From positions 45,942,001 to 46,006,000 of the forward strand of contig OZ024747.1 in NCBI GenBank assembly GCA_964016885.1: 64,000 nt of DNA, read 5' to 3'. Shown in pieces: positions 39,551 through 55,718 of the stretch; position 1 is the first letter of the stretch, and every line of letters begins with the position of its first letter. The translations under genes were made by a program, and so were the position numbers. The DNA comes from Eledone cirrhosa (taxonomy: Eukaryota). The notes under the pieces are model-generated. The model searched no databases. It was given only the letters and a program-made list of their open reading frames with translations, and was not told where the DNA came from.

Positions 39551-40949
39551 ATCTTATTATAATTTTCATCTTTTAATATACTATCTTTCCTAGCCATAAC
39601 CTTAATTTATATTCACCTAAAAACTCCATACAAGACTAATCATCATTTATTTTTACATTCCTTTTAAATTTCACTCTACCAGATACATTCAACTATCAAT
39701 TTGACAATCCCTTTCTTCGTAATAGATTTTTTATGGAAATTCTATTATTAACACCATTCAACCATTCCTTTCAAAGGGTCATGACCTCAACTAAATTGAA
39801 TTACTTTTCATCTTAACATCATGTGAAAAAAACAATTTGATTGGTTAGTTCTTCAACTACCTCCAAATAAGGACAAGATACTAACATACTACTAATTTTG
39901 AATAAAATTATTATTGCTTTTGAAAACAGCTGGTGATATGCATGTAAGTAAATATTCTCTTTATCTGATATTTTGTAACTAACCTTACATAGATCAATAA
40001 CGAAGTATAGCTACAATGTATTATCATCATCTAGAAACGATCGTAAAGCAGTGAAGTATATCTCTAGTAACTTGATTTTTATTTCATTGTTTTAACTTAT
40101 ATGTACATATATATGTGTATATAAATGTATATATATGTACATATATATACATCAGGTCACACCTGACTGCTACTGGTAACATGTAACCCAGTACAACCTG
40201 TCGCATGGACGGATTATTGGCGACTAAATCGGCAACCCACCAAGTCTACTTGGTGAGGAGGGGTATTTTGGACACCCTATAGGACAAAATCCAAAACCTG
40301 ACAAAGGGAAATTTTGAAATAAAACATGCAATTGATGTGTTTACTGGTTCCTGGCTTAGGCTTGTCAGCAGACAATAATCACTGAAACTTAGAGAGTGGT
40401 GCCCGTGTAGTACAAGCGTTTGCCACTATAATCCAATGATGTACAGATGTCTCTTTTGTGATCTTCTCATCTGTCTTTTTTAAAGCTGAAAGTGGTATGG
40501 CGATGGAGGAATGGTGACGTGTGCAGACCTGACCAGTTGGAAGCATATAGTTGCACATCTACACATAGGTGGCAGGGGTCTTATCATAGCATCGTTGTTA
40601 TCCCTCCTTGTGAGAGGGACTGACTATGTTGTTTTCATACATAAATTGACCACCATATCAACGCCAAACTTTAGACATTTCTATGCTTTATATATTCCTT
40701 CTGTCATTACAACAGCAGAGGTCCGACGAGATTTTGATTCCAGAGTCGGACCAGATCGATACAGATCGAACCTTGAGCTGATCAATAGCGAAAAGTGCGT
40801 CACCAACCAATAAATGTAATGAAGACTTAATAAACCATCCTTACATTATTATATTACACTCTGTTTAGCTCTACACCTCGCCACTGACTTGAACCTAAAC
40901 ATCGAGTGGTCACTTGGGTGAACTTACAGTAACTTCACATTACAGTCCC

Positions 40950-42860
<1,911 letters not shown>

Positions 42861-43527
42861 TACGCGTGTATGAATGCATATATCAATAAATCACAAACAC
42901 ATGCTCACACATACTTCAAAGAGATAAACATCTATACTCATTCACAAAAATGTTATATACACTCTGATGAAATATGATTCACACGCAATAGGTGCACATG
43001 ATCTCAATTATAACTTGATCAGGAACACATAATCACGTATACTTATACGTATACTGAAACAATATATGACTTTTCCTAGACTCATGAACATCTAACACAA
43101 TGCTACACAAACACATTACCTCATATAAGAAAAGACATAGAATTATATTGAGATCTATACACCGAATTTGTAAATACATAGTCCATGATGAAGTAACAAG
43201 TTTACATACATACGCCATTATTGCACTGATCTATATTAATAATATATAACTTTTTCACATTTCATTGCCACCTAATAGTTTATGTTCTAGACACTGACTG
43301 CAATTTATATTCCAAAATAGTTTTGTGAATTCTGATATACTGACCTATATGTATGTATATGTGTGAGTGCGTGATGTCACTGTGAGTAAGTTTTGTTATT
43401 TATGTTATGGTTTTCTAATCTATTGAACTAACCGTTATTAACTAGAGTCTGTCTTACACTGACAGTAGTAGCAACAAGAAAATCACTACAAAACATACGT
43501 TTTTATACTATGAGAATCAACTGGAGG

Positions 43528-43657
43528 AATACATGTTCATAAAACAATACATGTTCATAAAACAATACATGTTCATAAAACAATACATGTTCATAAAACA
43601 ATACATGTTCATAAAACAATACATGTTCATAAAACAATACATGTTCATAAAACAATA
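43528..43657. repeat. 18-bp tandem repeat (~7 copies)
   Basis: AATACATGTTCATAAAAC. Confidence 0.95.
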
Positions 43658-44304
43658 GATGTAACGCTCCCAACCAAACATCATAGAAGATATTACTAAA
43701 ATACCAGGATGAAAAACATCCTCATCAACTTGAAACTACAAACTAGCAAACGACAAAACGTATTTAGAAGAAGAATATAATATACAAATGTTTAATGTAA
43801 ACATGAATGTTGTGAAATTCATGATTCAAACTTTTACATCGGCCAAACATGTACGTCATTTTCCAGCTGATTGAGCGTGCACTTACAAGAAGCTATCGTA
43901 ACCCATTAGTATACAGTACATGCTAAAGTTAGATAGAAAAAATAAACAATAGTTGATAACACTGTAGTTCTTTATAGAATGCCACATAAATTGAGAATTT
44001 CAAGTATGGAGGTTTTACAAATAAAAACAAACTACAGACCAAACATGAACAGATATACTATACGTGAAATAAATACTAACCGATGAATAATTCTAAAATT
44101 CTGTGTCCATGATTTCAATAGTATTCCCAGGATACTTTGCAATCATTGCAAAGCACTACTGCAATCAATCTTTTTTTTCTGTAGATGAGAGTGTGAAAGA
44201 AATGCAAAAAGGTAACATCTTACGAATGTCTACGTACAAAGGCATGACTCTAAGTATTTTCACGTTATGCTTATCAGATTAAACAATTATAGTTATAAAT
44301 GGGA

Positions 44305-44672
44305 TTCCTCTGAAGGGCCTTTGGAGTAACGTTACTCGATAAAGTGCGTAGTTCGGAAATCAGAGAGTCACACCAGGTAGAGCCACTACTTCTCCCAGTT
44401 GAGAGATCACAGCTCCGATACTAAGGTTATGTGGTTAGAATGTCTCAGGAAAGAATCGATGGACAGATTTTACGGCGAAAACCAGCCGGCAAGAGACCCA
44501 AGGGTAGACCCCGAGCAAAATGTTTGGATATCATCAATGAGCTTAGCTGGTCAGACTTGGGGATCCAGCTGGATCAGCTGGAAACGGTTGGCTCTGACAG
44601 GACCCACTTGAGGGAGTCTTTGAAGACTCTGCCTCCGCCACCCTCTCAGGTATAAGTGGGTGAAGAAAAAGA
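44305..44672 (+). mobile_element. RTE LINE 3' fragment
   Basis: VTLLDKVRSSEIRE...VEPLL...VVRMSQERIDGQILRRKPAGKRPKGRPR. Homologous to 21980-22400. Confidence 0.8.
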
Positions 44673-44680
44673 GAACAAGT

Positions 44681-44766
<86 letters not shown>

Positions 44767-45040
44767 AATTTTTTATCCACATGACCTCTACCGACCAATC
44801 AAAATTGTTTTGACCAAGAATTTTTGCTGGAGTCACTTTTTTAACATAAAAACAATCTTGGCGCAAAATCAACTTTTTACATTCACATGACCTCTACCGA
44901 CCAATCAAAATTGTTTTGACCACAAGCATTTTTGCAACACAAAAATAACGCTGGAGCCACTTTTTTAACATAAAAACAGGTAGAATTACCAAAACTAATC
45001 AGATCAGAGCAAACAGCACGGACACTCTATCTCAAAATTA

Positions 45041-45078
45041 TTTTTGAAAAGCATTTAGAAATGCGCAACCGGTAAAAA
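45041..45078 (+). ncRNA. U3-A8 hammerhead homologue (GAAA mutated to GCAA)
   Basis: TTT-TTGAAAA-GCATT taga AATGC-GCAAC-CG-GTA-AAA. Confidence 0.55.
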
Positions 45079-45195
45079 CTTAAAAACTTAAAACCACAAC
45101 TGAATACTAACCCATACAATCACTAATACTCTTTTATTCCTAATTAAACCATTTTTCAACTGTGAACAATTTGTCAGCATTTTCTATTCCGTTTA

Positions 45196-45243
<48 letters not shown>

Positions 45244-45653
45244 AGTGAACAGTTTAAAAACAAATTACATAATCACACACCTATGCTCTAGTATACATTA
45301 ACATGTTTTAAAACATAATATAGCTGTAAACAATAAGCTGACATTCGGAAAATATCAGAAATATAAAGGGCGGGAATTGAATCACACCATGATTAGGTCA
45401 CGTACACAGCAGATATACTTTTTTAGGCATGTGATTAAGGTTACCTGTTCAAATGTCTGGTCCGATTCTCGTCAACAGATTTATAGTTAAAACTCTTTGA
45501 TGTCTAATTGTTGTTTACAGATTTGATGTCACATGTATTTTTATTTTAACTATTAGTTTATAATACACACACAGACACACACACACACACACACACACAA
45601 GTATGCTCTCTCTCACTCTCTCTATCTATCTCTATCTATCTCTATCTCTCTCT

Positions 45654-45705
<52 letters not shown>

Positions 45706-45789
45706 TATATATATGCATGCATATGTATATCTATATCTATATATATATATATGCATGCATATGTGTATGTATATATATATATAAATATG

Positions 45790-45855
<66 letters not shown>

Positions 45856-45909
45856 TGCATATGTATATATATATATAAATAAATATATATATATATATGC
45901 ATGCATATC

Positions 45910-45972
<63 letters not shown>

Positions 45973-46386
45973 ATTTATATACAAAAACTCACGTACATAT
46001 TCATACCTAAACCATACACTTAAATAAAAAGGTAAAAGATATATATCAAAGACGATTTGTGAGAAAACAACATCTCATTCTAAGGGATCTAAGTGAATTT
46101 CGTTAAATGCCATCTATTGAAGAATGTCTACTCGTATGAAACTTGATTCGACCAACAAATGACAAATACTGGAAGATAATAACTGGAAGATAATAATTAC
46201 TAAATTAATGGTTTCTAATTCATGCACGTGACTAATAAATTTGTTTAGGGAAGAATGTCGATTATTTCGCCCCCAGTAATCGAAACGCAATGCAGTTTGT
46301 AAAGAATTTATGCATTAAAAAAATATATATTAATTATAGGTGATGTGACGCTTTTAGTTGTTTGGGTTGAAATATATATATATATG

Positions 46387-46692
<306 letters not shown>

Positions 46693-46896
46693 GATGGTCC
46701 AGCTAATTGTCAAACATTTCCCTGAGTCGGTCTCTTTCGTTGTTCTGGTCCTAGCGGCTCGCATTTTGGTCGCTGGCTTCAATTTGCATAGCTGTCTAAA
46801 CGTAAAATTCCTTATTGAGTGCTTTTGGCTGCACTTCCCGACAGCATTCCTTAGCTTGCCCGCAACCAGAGCTTCGATTATGCTGTACTACCTTCT

Positions 46897-46981
<85 letters not shown>

Positions 46982-47142
46982 CTCGTAGTAGCAATTGGTG
47001 ACCAGCTTTAGATGTTGACAGGTTAAGCATGAATGATTCCATCCAATGGTTGAATGTAAGTGGTCAGAAGGATGGTGGTGACTATGGGACTACAGAACCA
47101 ATGGACAGGCCGAAATAATGGGTCTGCTAGAATTAGAACAAG

Positions 47143-47234
47143 ACATATCTGAAGAACGTTCGAATGCAGAATCAGGTTCGATATGGAACAGATCCTGCCT
47201 CAAGCCGGTCGACGGAGAAACATAAGTAATTTGT
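47143..47234 (+). ncRNA. Hammerhead candidate
   Basis: ACATAT-CTGAAGA...GAAAC-ATAA-GTA-ATTTGT. Stem II is imperfect. Confidence 0.4.
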
Positions 47235-47279
47235 TAATAAATTGTGGTTTGATGCATTACTGATTCCTCGTCCTTTATA

Positions 47280-47325
<46 letters not shown>

Positions 47326-47334
<9 letters not shown>

Positions 47335-47744
47335 TAAACAAATAATGAATAAACAATGAAACAGTTCCTTATATTAAACAAAAAAAGTTCATTATTTAAC
47401 GATCGTTTCTAGGATATATATGTGTTAGAATTGGCATGCATATTCAACAGATCTATGTACAAAATTATACAAAATTATACAAACTATCAAGATTAAATAT
47501 ACATACCAACACATATATACGCCGTCTTCAGAAATAATCTGAAGACGGCGTATATATGTGTTGGTATGTATATTTAATCTTGATAGTTTGTATAATTTTG
47601 TATAATTTTGTACATAGATCTGTTGAATATGCATGCCAATTCTAACACATATATATCCTAGAAACGATCGTTAAATAATGAACTTTTTTTGTTTAATATA
47701 AGGAACTGTTTCATTGTTTATTCATTATTTGTTTAATATTTTAT
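47326..47744. repeat. Palindrome with 207-bp arms and a 5-nt loop
   Basis: 47326-47532 is the reverse complement of 47538-47744, with no mismatch seen. Confidence 0.95.
47391..47538 (-). ncRNA. Type I hammerhead with long stem II
   Basis: ATTATTT-CTGAAGA-CGGCG TATATATGTGTT...AACACATATATA TCCTA-GAAAC-GATC-GTT-AAATAAT. 7-bp stem I, palindromic ACGATCGT. Confidence 0.65.
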
Positions 47745-47875
47745 CTTGACTCTGTATACCGTTTATCTTTCACCGAAAGTGATTTTTCATTACATCTCTT
47801 CTTTCCATGATATCCGGAATACATTGAGTTCTTCATACGGATTGGACACTACCGTAAACTCTTGGTAGATTTATC

Positions 47876-48410
<535 letters not shown>

Positions 48411-48879
48411 ATATATATATAATATTAGTTCACGACTTCATTTATACCATAAACGTAGTTTTGTCTTTGCGTGTAATTGTTCTCAACGCTCCAAATAATG
48501 ACGTATTATCTTCGTTTTTTTTCTTTCATTGCCAGGGAACGTTTCCACGAACCAAAGTATCGTCTTCCTGTCTTCCTTCGGTTGCAACGTTTTTAGAAAT
48601 ATTTACTTCTGCGTTCACAGATTGACTTTGTTAGTCTCAGAAGATCTCGTTAAGGGTGAAAACAACGATTCTTTGCTTAAACTTTAATCTGTTATGTTAA
48701 CAGATTAAAGTTTTTGAAATGCGCATAATAAAATATATGGAACTCCTTTAACCATCTTTTGATCTTATATTATATATATATATATATATATATTTGCTCT
48801 ACGGTTCTTATATATTTGATATATATTTATCCTTATCGAGCCCTCTTTAGATTTTAGTCTTCAAATGTATTATTTATTA

Positions 48880-48910
<31 letters not shown>

Positions 48911-50273
48911 ACCTCCACAAAGTACAATCCGACTCCTACATCGCTGTAAGGTGATTTTGTTTGCACAACCTGGCGTCTGCTGAGAAGGTGTCATGCCGAA
49001 AAAATTAATATTTCCTCGTATTCAGCAGCTAAATTAGGACGTTGAACATATTGCCAAGTGTGGAACTTGCTGTAATGGTCTCATTTACGGAGTGCAAGAA
49101 GCCTAACTATTCCTTGCGCAACAAACACAATTCAATGCAAATGAAATATGATTTGAAGTTGCAAGCTGAAATGTGAACTGCAAATCAAAGTTACACATAA
49201 TAGTTTGTGGTTTTAATATGTGTATAAGCTCGGGATCTGCGAAGTTTCTAAGCGGAACTAAAGTGATTTTCAGTGCAACACGATTTTAGAGAGGAACACT
49301 GGAAACAGCCGACTATTCTAGCATCCTCATCGACGACCGCTAGAAGTGCTAGAAGCGCTAGAAAGAAAAAGAAACACACAGTACATTCCTATTCTACTAT
49401 TGTTGAAAACCTTGTTAGAAACGTTCTTGTGAAAATACAATAGTATATATAGATTAATCTAAATACTAAAGGTTTAAGGCAAATTTATATTGTTGCAAAT
49501 ACATGTCTGAAACTAAATATTTACCCAAAACTGTGTCTATCTTGCTTGAATTTCAAGCATTATGAAAATAATATGTTTGGAGAGTTGAGATGTGAAACAA
49601 GCTAACCAGATATTGGCCCTGTGCACAGACCCACCAATGTATTACGAACTCATTGAAAGTATCATGAGAATACACCCTAGAACAGTTGCTAAACCGGAAA
49701 CTAACCCTTTGATTCTCGCTCATAATAGATTCCTACGCTTTAAAACAGTTTTTCACCCTTACACTTCAGAAATGGGAGCCACATATTTTGTGTAGGTAAA
49801 AATAATTGTAAATATTTTGTAGTGCTGTAGAAACTTCGAAACTGTACCGTAATCTTCTGTGCAGAAGGTTGTCGGGCGGTTTCTCTGCCTTCGTCGATTT
49901 ATTATATGGAACTAAACGCTTCACGATTATGTGTTTAGAGAAATATATCAAAACATCTCTAAAACTTGTTCAATTATCAACGAACTGAAATAAGAATATT
50001 TAATTAATCCAACACTCATCCTTCTTATAGCTAGCAACCATATTCCAAGAATTATCTGTGAATTTGGAACTGTGTATATGTTTCCATGCATGTATGAGTA
50101 AGTCTGTAGATATCTATGTGCAAAAGCAGAAAAGTGCACTTCATTTATTTCTAGGCCTGCATACTGGGAAATTGGCAAAAATAGCGAGAACCATGCAAGA
50201 TTGTTTTGGAGCATATATATATGTTCTTCCAGTTTTATACAAATAGGTAGAGAGAAAAAGGGTGGTGAGAGAG

Positions 50274-50274
<1 letters not shown>

Positions 50275-50345
<71 letters not shown>
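50275..50345. repeat. (GA)n microsatellite
   Basis: Perfect GA run. Confidence 0.95.
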
Positions 50346-50350
<5 letters not shown>

Positions 50351-50534
50351 AGAGAGAGATTAGGTTTCTAACATAGACACAAGACTCATTGGAATTTTGA
50401 CAAAATCAACTAGGTGGATATGTATGCATGATTGCATGCGTGCGTGCGTCTGTGTGTAGGTATGCATCTTATTGTATCTGGATGTGGATAATTTGAGTTA
50501 TATATCCGCATGTTTTGCATCTGTACATGTGTAC

Positions 50535-50725
50535 ATGTAGAATTTTTGGAATGTTTTATATAATTTCAATGCTCTATTAATGGATTGTACTTGTAATTTC
50601 CTAACTAGTCGTGTTCTTTCTGGTTCTGTGAAGCCCAGCTTCTCGGGATTTGTACTGAGACAGTCACTAACGTATCCTGGCGCCCCGATAATCGCAGATA
50701 CAATTCTGCATCTAATAACTGCATA
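50535..50725 (-). mobile_element. RLE-type non-LTR retrotransposon C-terminal remnant
   Basis: IIGAPGYV...EKLGF...RKLQVQSI...KTFQKF resembles the C-terminus after the RLE domain. Confidence 0.5.
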
Positions 50726-50763
50726 TACACATTTACAGATAAAACATAAACATATGCACATGG

Positions 50764-52505
50764 ACACATATAACTCAAAACATCCACATGTACACATATA
50801 ACTCAAAACATCCACATGCACACATATAACTAAAAACATCCACATGTACACATATAACTCAAAACATCCACATGCACACATATAACTCAAAACATCCACA
50901 TGTACACATATAACTCAAAACATCCACATGTACACATATAACTCAAAACATCCACATGTACACATATAACTCAAAACTTCCACATGTACACATATAACTC
51001 AAAACATCCACATGTACACATATAACTCAAAACATCCACATGTACACATATAACTCAAAACTTCCACATGTACACATATAACTCAAAACATCCACATGCA
51101 CACATATAACTCAGAACTTCCACATGCACACATATAACTCAAAACATCCACATGTACACATATAACTCAAAACATCCACATGTACACATATAACTCAAAA
51201 CATCCACATGTACACATATAACTCAAAACATCCACATGCACACATTTAACTCAAAACATCCACATGTACACATATAACTCAAAACATCCACATATGCACA
51301 TATAACTCAGAACTTCCACATGTACACATATAACTCAAAACATCCACATGCACACATATAACTCAAAACATCCACATGTACACATATAACTCAAAACATC
51401 CACATGCACACATATAACTCAAAATATCCACATGTACACATATAACTCAAAACATCCACATGTACACATATAACTCAAAACATCCACATGTACACATATA
51501 ACTCAAAACATCCACATGTACACATATAACTCAAAACATCCACATGCACACATATAACTCAGAACTTCCACATTCACACATATAACTCAAAACATCCACA
51601 TGTACACATATAACTCAAAACATCCACATGTACACATATAACTCAAAACATCCACATGCACACATATAACTCAAAACATCCACAAGCACACATATAACTC
51701 AAAACATCCACATGTACACATATAACTCTAAACTTCCACATGTACACATATAACTCAAAACATCCACATGCACACATATAACTCAAAACATCCACATGCA
51801 CACATATAACTCAAAACATCCACATGCACACATATAACTCAAAACATCCACATGCACACATATAACTCAAAACATCCACATGTACACATATAACTCAAAA
51901 CATCCACATGCACACATATAACTCAAAACATCCACATGCACACATATAACTCAAAACATCCACATGTACACATATAACTCAAAACATCCACATGCACACA
52001 TGTAACTCAAAACATCCACATGCACACATATAACTCAAAACATCCACATGTACACATATAACTCAAAACATCCACATGTACACATATAACTCAAAACATC
52101 CACATGTACACATATAATTCAAAACATCCACATGTACACATATAACTCAAAACATCCACATGCACACATATAACTCAAAACATCCACATGTACACATATA
52201 ACTCAAAACATCCACATGTACACATATAACTCAAAACATCCACATGTACACATATAACTCAAAACATCCACATGCACACATGTAACTCAAAACATCCACA
52301 TGTACACATATAACTCAAAACATCCACATGTACACATATAACTCAAAACATCCACATGTACATAAATAACTCAAAACATCCACATGTACACATATAACTC
52401 AAAACATCCACATGCACACATATAACTCAAAACATCTACATGTACACATATAACTCAAAACATCCACATGTACACATATAACTCAATACAACCACATGCA
52501 CACAT
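50764..52505. repeat. 28-bp minisatellite (~62 copies)
   Basis: ACACATATAACTCAAAACATCCACATGY. Confidence 0.95.
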
Positions 52506-53389
52506 ACAACAACATTCATAACTCCACACACTTGTACGCATGCAGATATGCAGACATATCTACCTAGTTGATGTTGTCTAAATTCCAATGAGAGAGTCTT
52601 GTGTCTATGTTAGAAACCGACTCTCTCTATTGGTAAAAATTCATAAAATCATAAAACCAGAAGAACATACATACATACATACATATATTTGTTCCAAAAC
52701 AATGTTGCATGGTTCTTGCTATTTTGTATGGTAAGACTAACGAGTCTTGACACTTAGCAAATTGAAAGAGCCAAGAGATGTACAAAATACGACATTCTTG
52801 GAATATTCTTAACAAAAGCCTGTTTACGTTTATCTTGTTCTTTCATATACATAATTTAGAACCAGCTTAATAGGGGAAGAAATAATATATTTAGTTCATC
52901 AATAATTAACAGAAAGAAACGTCTTCTATATCGGTAACATAGCAATCAACATAGCGATGAAAACAACATATAAACAAGAATACAACTACAGCAACGCTAA
53001 GCTTTATATTTACACAAGTTAACATTAGTAATAATTCAGAGTAAGAGTGAATGAGGATGGTCAATGTAAAGCTCAAAAGTATAAAAACAAAAAATATGGT
53101 AGTTGTGGTATTGGGTGTTGAATATAATTATCTCCCTTGATTAGAATTAGATTTGCTGCCAATCAAAAGTGTTTTGGTACAACCAATCTATATTGTATAT
53201 ATTTCTGTTTGCTTGATTGTTTAATGACAACATCTGGACGCAGGTAAAATCAGCGTCACACAATGAACTATACATTGGTACACACATGTGCCTGTGTGTG
53301 TGTGTGTACGCCTTTATGTATGTATCTATGTAGATATTATATAAATATGCATATTATATCTGTATATGTATAAGTACACACACACACAG

Positions 53390-53833
<444 letters not shown>

Positions 53834-55129
53834 TCGAAAGATGCTAGAAATAACAGAACTATATATATAAACCATGGCTGCAAATCACTTCTAAATTTGA
53901 AGGATGATTCCTTAATTCCAGGGATTCGTATTCAATTAGTAAATTGCAATGAAACAATTGGGTCAATCCATAGAAATAACCTTCAGTAATCACTGGAATG
54001 TTTTATTGTGTAATAGCTCATTTCTACTGCTGACACTCCGTTATATTAGGCACAAGTGGAATGGATCTCCGTCGGTTTCGACAATTAGCCTTTCTGTTCT
54101 TTGTCCAACTGAAAAGCCTGCTCATGAAACTAACGTATAAACGGCTAAGCATTCCAGAGACAATGGAATCCACCTGGAAATTTAATGCGTCAGAGTGTAT
54201 GACATGGCTTAACCTTTGAATAAATTTTGCTTAAAGTAATTATTCTATCGGTAATAGAATTCGCCTACGCCATCATTTAAGATACTAGTAATCGCTGTAA
54301 AAGTCTCCAACAAATTATATTATATAATAGGAACACTGTATGTATCACTGTGTGTATACTATTTAGAATAAATACACTCTGCCCCAATATTTATCAAGTT
54401 TAGAATTGGCACACCGTGTCCATGCGTGTTGTAAAAGTCAATTAAAAGAGTTGGCTTCAGGAAAATCATCCACCCGTTAAACATTACATGAGAAAGGACC
54501 CCATGATGATCCTGAAGCCATTCACAGAGCTTGCAAAGCAACCTCTTGCTTTAGTAAGGAAATTCGACTTTAAAATGCTAGTTTCCGCTGCCTTTTAACA
54601 TTGTGTTCCTAGATGTAGAATTCCTTGGAAACACACGGAAGTGGTCACTTGTGGAATAAATTTTGAATATATGTTTACTTAAGTAAGGTCTGACCCAGAA
54701 CTAAAAACCCTATGTTATTAACAAACCAGTTCTGGAGACAACTGCTATGGGATGTAGAGTACTCTTAGGAATTTAGTTTGGCACAGTACCATTTTTGTCA
54801 AGTCATAATCTTAATTATTTCCTCTGAAAATGCCGCGTATGTTGTTCATAGCTTTAACTAATTACATTAGCAGTGTAAAGAGTACGCTATGCTGCTTCAG
54901 TCTTTTTTTTTTTTTTTTCAAAATTCATAAAACACAATTAAATGTATAAATGAAATGATATGACTTTGATATGGGAAAAATATTACCAAATTTTGACATA
55001 CCAATGGCTTAACCTCTGCTTTAGTGTTTAGCATAGTTTATGATGATGTTGCTAATGGTGATAAAGATGAAAAGGAAAACGAAAACTAGGAAAAAGAGGA
55101 AGTGTAGAAGGACTAAGAGGATGACTGTA

Positions 55130-55622
55130 ATAATGGTTTCTCTTTTTGGCACAAGGCCAGCAATTATCCTAGTGTATTACTGGTACTTTATTTTATCGAC
55201 CCCATAAGGATGAAAGGCAAAAGCCACAAGGCCAGTAATTTGGGGAAGGGAAAATCGATTAAATCGACCCCAGTACGTCACTGGTACTTTATTTTATCGA
55301 CCCCGTAAGGATGAAAAGCAAAGTTAACCTCGGCGGGATTAGAACTCAGATCATAAAGGGCCATAGCTCTATGCTGCAAACCATGGCGTCCGACCCTCTA
55401 CCGATACTGCCAATCCACCGCCCCTTAATAATCTTAATAATAATGTTAATAATTGTTTCTATTTTTGGCACAAGGCCAGCAAATACCCCAGTACATTACT
55501 GGTACTTTATTTTATCGATCCCGTAAGGATGAAAGGCAAAGTTGACCTCGGCGGGATTTGAACACAGACCGTAAAGGGATTTAACTCTATGCTGGAAAGC
55601 ATGGCGTCCGACTCTCTACCGA
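55130..55622 (-). mobile_element. Three tandem SINE copies or fragments
   Basis: ~55130-55220 (partial), 55225-55420 and 55449-55622. Confidence 0.85.
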
Positions 55623-55718
55623 TTGTTAATAATGAATTGTCACCTTCATCTATCACTCTCTCTTTCTACTCAACCACATTAATTATAATATCAATAATAA
55701 TAATTATTGTAACGACAG

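Noticed and set aside
50764-52505. CRISPR-like 28-bp repeats
   Set aside because: Contiguous units, no spacers, no cas genes, eukaryotic context.
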